The notes beneath the pieces were generated by a model. The model was not told the origin of the DNA. It saw only the letters and a list, made by a program, of their open reading frames with translations, and did no database searches. Made by a program: the position numbers and the translations under genes. From contig OZ242376.1 in NCBI GenBank assembly GCA_965209085.1, positions 1,568,001 through 1,632,000 of the forward strand: a stretch of 64,000 nt of DNA, in the 5' to 3' direction. Below are positions 60,537-64,000 of this stretch, piece by piece. This DNA is from Nitrosopumilaceae archaeon. Lineage in GTDB: Archaea; Thermoproteota; Nitrososphaeria; Nitrososphaerales; Nitrosopumilaceae. Numbering within the stretch: position 1 is the stretch's first letter; every line of letters begins with the position of its first letter.

Positions 60537-60563
60537 TATGCATAAACTCTTGCAAAAATTGCA

Positions 60564-60983
60564 TCATCCGCTCTTGGATAATTCAATCAGCGCGGACCAT
60601 ATATGTGCGGGAACCGGCACCACCGAGAGCCGTGATATCCGCAACAGATCCCATCCTGCAAATTGCGAATTAGATTTTATCTCCGAAAGCCCTACTGGTC
60701 GCGCAAGCGGTTTTACGTATTTTACGTCCACTACAATAAACCTCTCCTCATCCTCTTCGGGGTTTGGATACGGCTCGGATACGATTTTCATAATTCCAAC
60801 CGCGCGCCTCTCCGTACCAGTGTGATAGTACAGTACAAGATCGCCTTTTTTCATGGAGCGCATGTGCTTTAATGCAAGGTTGTTGTGTACGCCGTCCCAA
60901 ACGGTTTTACCGTCTTTTTTAAACTGCTCAAAGCTATATCCGCGCGGACCGGAAGGTTCCTGTTTTGCAAGCCAATATTTCAC
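60564..60983 (-). CDS. EVE domain protein
   Basis: KYWLAKQEP, WDGVHN, GDLVLYYHTG and RLSVVPV. GTG start at 60983. The upstream part of the ORF-track ORF overlaps a structured RNA. Confidence 0.9.
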   Translation of the reverse strand: MKYWLAKQEPSGPRGYSFEQFKKDGKTVWDGVHNNLALKHMRSMKKGDLVLYYHTGTERRAVGIMKIVSEPYPNPEEDEERFIVVDVKYVKPLARPVGLSEIKSNSQFAGWDLLRISRLSVVPVPAHIWSALIELSKSG

Positions 60984-61031
60984 AATACGGCAAGACCGCA
61001 TGTACATTTTACCCTTGCTTGCATATTTCAA

Positions 61032-61198
61032 AAATGTTCCCCGGTTCTGACTCGCACCAGGGTCATCGGCAATAGCCACAACCTCCCTGAGTTCTTTGGC
61101 CGGGGGAATGCCCTGTAGCGTGCCTGGGTGAACCGCCTGCTCATCTAAATCACAACGATACGAATCACGCGGTCCGTCTGCACGCCTGCTCTTGGGGC
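61032..61198 (-). ncRNA. two-hairpin H/ACA-like box guide RNA (candidate)
   Basis: A GC-rich intergenic stretch forming two stem-pocket-stem hairpins. Each has a GA/GA k-turn-like apex and is followed by ACA (61116-61114 and 61037-61035). The second ACA is followed by TTTTT. Confidence 0.7.
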
Positions 61199-61213
61199 AA
61201 TTCGCACTCAAAC

Positions 61214-62809
61214 CTAGTCAAATATTAATCCAGAGACGTCAATTTCAAATGCGGACACAGACTGGCGTATTTTTCTGTCGGATCGAACTGTACCTGCGAT
61301 TGTACCAACCGATCCAATCTTCTTTCCTCCCACTTCCACGGACGCGCTCTGACCTGCATCAAGCAACGGATGCTTTGATGCTGCAGTTTTTGCCTTTAAG
61401 CCAAGCCCGGATAAAACAGCCTGTAAAAGTGATTTTGCCTCCGTATAGTTTGCCCCGCCATGCGCCAAAACCGCGCACAGATGCGTCTCTTCGTGAACCG
61501 GAGATTTTACATCAAAAACGGTTCCAATCTCAAAGAGTCTCTGCGGATATTCTTCGTGTACGTTGTGCGAGAGGGAATCAAGCAGTCCGTCAAGCAAAGA
61601 GCTGCGCAATACAGTATTTGCTGCAACTTTGAGATTTTTTTTGCCATCCCCCTCTACGAGTGCGGAATTTTTCGCCTCTGTACATCCAAGTCCCACCATG
61701 GCATATCCTAGCGCGCCGGTCATATCGGATGCGGCACTAAGAGAACCGATGAATGGGTGCGGCGAGAGCTTTGGAGTTATGTTTTGCACCCCATACCCCA
61801 GTATTGCCTCCTCTACAAGATCCATCGGACCGAATATGTCAAAACGGTGCCGCAGTATGTGGCACACCAGGTTTGCACCAGAAACTGTAGAGTAAATTCC
61901 GCTCTTGGCCAGCGAAGAACGGACTTGTTTTGCACCCATGTCCAATCCCAATGTATCAGATACCAGTTTGATGGGCAGTTTTTGCACTACAGGCAAAAGC
62001 TTTGCAGTAGAATTTCCCGCACCAGATACTCCAACCTCGTATATGGTAAATCCCATCTCCGATAAAGTGGCAGATACTATGGAGAGCGCATCTTCGGCAT
62101 TGCGCCTCTCTGTTCCGGTAACTTCGACAAATATGCCATCCACTCCGGCAGTTAACGCCGTAGAGGCGGCGTTTATTATCGGAGGTAAGGATATGACAGA
62201 ATCTGTCGAATCCTTCAAAAGAGGCACTCTTGCAAAACCTTGTAGCAGATTCCCGTATAATGCGCCAATTGGGGTTTTTTTCAAAATATCGGCAACGGAC
62301 ATTTCATGAACAGAGCCCAAGGGTACAAACTTTTCGGATAATTCAGCCGTACCGTAGGAGAGCGGAAAGGATACTGCCCCAAGATTGTGCACTCCGATGG
62401 AGGATTTTTTCCTGTTTCGGCACAGTCCCATATGCAGATCCTCCTGCATTGCCATGAGCATTTTTATCTCAGAATTGCCCAGTTTTTTACCGCGTGCTAT
62501 AATTCCTACAATGTACGGGCGCACTTTGCTAACGGCTGAATCAACCCTGATGCGGTTTAATTTAGTGCCTGATTTTAGCGGGAATTTTGGAGCAGGTTTT
62601 GATTTACCCCCCATGTAGCGCAGTCCTGCGGCAATTCCGTATACTGTGGAATAGTCTGGCCTGTTTGGACTGTATTCTACCCGCACCGTGTGCGCATCCT
62701 CGCCCTCTATGTCAAGTCCAAGATACGGCAGCATTTGTAGCAGTTTTTTTGTATTTTTTATTCCCACAAGTTTGGACAGCTGTGCAAATTCCAGCTCGAC
62801 TACCGGCAT
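61214..62809 (-). CDS. pheT: phenylalanine--tRNA ligase beta subunit
   Basis: Motifs MPVV, PNRPDY, QEDLH, SLPPIIN, DLVEE and YPQRLFEIG. Confidence 0.95.
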   Translation of the reverse strand: MPVVELEFAQLSKLVGIKNTKKLLQMLPYLGLDIEGEDAHTVRVEYSPNRPDYSTVYGIAAGLRYMGGKSKPAPKFPLKSGTKLNRIRVDSAVSKVRPYIVGIIARGKKLGNSEIKMLMAMQEDLHMGLCRNRKKSSIGVHNLGAVSFPLSYGTAELSEKFVPLGSVHEMSVADILKKTPIGALYGNLLQGFARVPLLKDSTDSVISLPPIINAASTALTAGVDGIFVEVTGTERRNAEDALSIVSATLSEMGFTIYEVGVSGAGNSTAKLLPVVQKLPIKLVSDTLGLDMGAKQVRSSLAKSGIYSTVSGANLVCHILRHRFDIFGPMDLVEEAILGYGVQNITPKLSPHPFIGSLSAASDMTGALGYAMVGLGCTEAKNSALVEGDGKKNLKVAANTVLRSSLLDGLLDSLSHNVHEEYPQRLFEIGTVFDVKSPVHEETHLCAVLAHGGANYTEAKSLLQAVLSGLGLKAKTAASKHPLLDAGQSASVEVGGKKIGSVGTIAGTVRSDRKIRQSVSAFEIDVSGLIFD

Positions 62810-63999
62810 TTTGAAACCTCTCTGAGCCATTTTATGTCATTATTGTAAAATTCCCGCACGTCAGATACGCCATACTTTAGCATTGCAATGCGTTCAATTC
62901 CGCCGCCCCATGCAAGCACGGGACCTGGAATTGCAAGCGGTCGTATAACTTCGGGCCGGAATATTCCCATTCCAAACATTTCCACCCATTTTCCAAGATT
63001 TTCATTATACACCATTGTCTGTAAAGACGGCTCAGTGTATGGAAAGAATGTGGGCCAAAACCGAACTTTACCCAATCCTATGCGCCGGTAAAATTCCCCC
63101 TGTATTCCCATAAGATCCCGCAGCGTGGCATCCGGGCCTGAGAGCACGCCCTCTACCTGGTGGAATTCTGCTAGGTGCTTGTAGCTCTGTTTTTCGTTGC
63201 GAAAAACACTCCCTAATGAAAAGATGCGCGCTTTTTTTGGACGCGTTTTTGCAAGATGGTTTACCGTAACGCACGTAGTATGCGTACGCAGCACCATACG
63301 GGAAGATTCTGTCCTGTTCCATGTATATTTCCAGTTTTTTTCATGAGCTGCTGCCACCTTTGAGAATTGATCCTTTGATGCAAATCTGGAGGATTTTGCC
63401 CCCTCGATGTAAAACGTATCCTGCATTTCCCGCGCCGGATGATCCTGCGGCGTAAAGAGTGCATCAAAATTCCAAAATCCAGGCTGTGCCAAATTTCCGT
63501 CAATCTCCTCAAAGCCAAGAGCCACAAACGCCTCCCTTACCTCGCGTATTGTTTCAGTTAGTGGATGGCGCCGTGAAGCGTACATCACCGGAACGTCTGC
63601 ATCAACATCGATGGCTCCCGCATGTATGTTTTTTGAAAAATCAAGTGCTAGACCTTCATCGGTAAGTGATATTTGCTGTCTGTTGGTTTTTTTGATTTTA
63701 AAAAAATCCGGACGCTCCATCAAATGTATGCATCCTGGATCTGTCTTTGCTTGACTTTCGGCAATTTCCCTTCCAGGGTCGGCCATCCCCGCGCTCTTGA
63801 ACATTTCCAAAACTTTTTCTCCAGGCAAAAGTTTTGGCGCAGATTTTTCCAAACGTAAAATTCCGTCCCTGACGGATACAAATTTGCCATCCCGGGCCTC
63901 TTTTATTGCAGAACCAAACGCTCCGCCAAGCATGCCGGATGCTTCTGCCATACTCATCTCTTTTGATTTTAAAAGTTTCAGCAGCCTTCTCTCCGGAAG
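62800..63999 (-). CDS. pheS: phenylalanine--tRNA ligase alpha subunit, 5' partial
   Basis: Motifs FWNFDALFTPQDHPAREMQDTF, LRTHTT, FPYTEPS and GIFRPE. The frame is open to the window edge. Confidence 0.96.
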   Translation of the reverse strand, partial: LPERRLLKLLKSKEMSMAEASGMLGGAFGSAIKEARDGKFVSVRDGILRLEKSAPKLLPGEKVLEMFKSAGMADPGREIAESQAKTDPGCIHLMERPDFFKIKKTNRQQISLTDEGLALDFSKNIHAGAIDVDADVPVMYASRRHPLTETIREVREAFVALGFEEIDGNLAQPGFWNFDALFTPQDHPAREMQDTFYIEGAKSSRFASKDQFSKVAAAHEKNWKYTWNRTESSRMVLRTHTTCVTVNHLAKTRPKKARIFSLGSVFRNEKQSYKHLAEFHQVEGVLSGPDATLRDLMGIQGEFYRRIGLGKVRFWPTFFPYTEPSLQTMVYNENLGKWVEMFGMGIFRPEVIRPLAIPGPVLAWGGGIERIAMLKYGVSDVREFYNNDIKWLREVSKCR

Positions 64000-64000
64000 C

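Noticed and set aside
52900-60600. Recurring TGCATAAT-containing repeats as a CRISPR array
   Set aside because: The spacing is irregular and the orientation inverted, and no cas genes are present. They are IS/MITE terminal repeats.
60564-60983. EVE protein as part of the defence island (modified-DNA reader)
   Set aside because: It lies outside the last TIR, has core-like base composition and carries no nuclease fusion. A link cannot be supported from the sequence.
60984-61211. N-terminal 76 aa of the 215-aa EVE ORF
   Set aside because: The EVE domain starts at GTG 60983, and the upstream part is better explained as a structured RNA plus promoter.

Overview
This window looks like a chromosome segment of an ammonia-oxidising archaeon (Thaumarchaeota/Nitrososphaerota, Nitrosopumilaceae-like). 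The assignment is inferred from archaeal information genes (TFE, aTrm56, Kae1, Rqc2, archaeal PheRS/GlyRS), the archaeal pok/pps CoA pathway, F420 enzymes and a haem-copper oxidase operon with a tandem blue-copper protein. Most of it is core metabolism: rps13/rps4, glmS, cobT, hflX, hisGDC, nfo, glyS, cox operon, mdh, pok-pps-panB-coaBC, an MCO-ZIP metal uptake pair, pheST, and three tRNAs (Lys-CTT, Arg-TCT, Arg-TCG). Accessory, visibly AT-rich segments occur at about 1-2.6 kb (hydrolase and an IS5 with perfect 16-bp TIRs), 14.4-17.6 kb (small membrane protein, kinase-like/methyltransferase fusion, sulfatase-fold membrane protein), 20.2-21.4 kb, 30.4-31.3 kb (pseudogene debris) and 52.9-60.5 kb. 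The last is a nested IS66/IS5-ISL2/IS110/MITE graveyard carrying intact TIR-domain and HEPN-motif genes. The most notable unannotated signals are: (1) a two-hairpin H/ACA-like guide RNA between pheT and the EVE gene, one of whose pockets matches the 23S peptidyl-transferase centre; (2) the candidate TIR + HEPN defence cargo; (3) a 78-bp MITE caught inside an IS66 transposase; (4) a kae1 gene that appears to need an ATA start; and (5) a perfect 24-bp DtxR-like operator over the MCO-ZIP promoter. All family assignments come from motif recognition by eye. No database searches were run.
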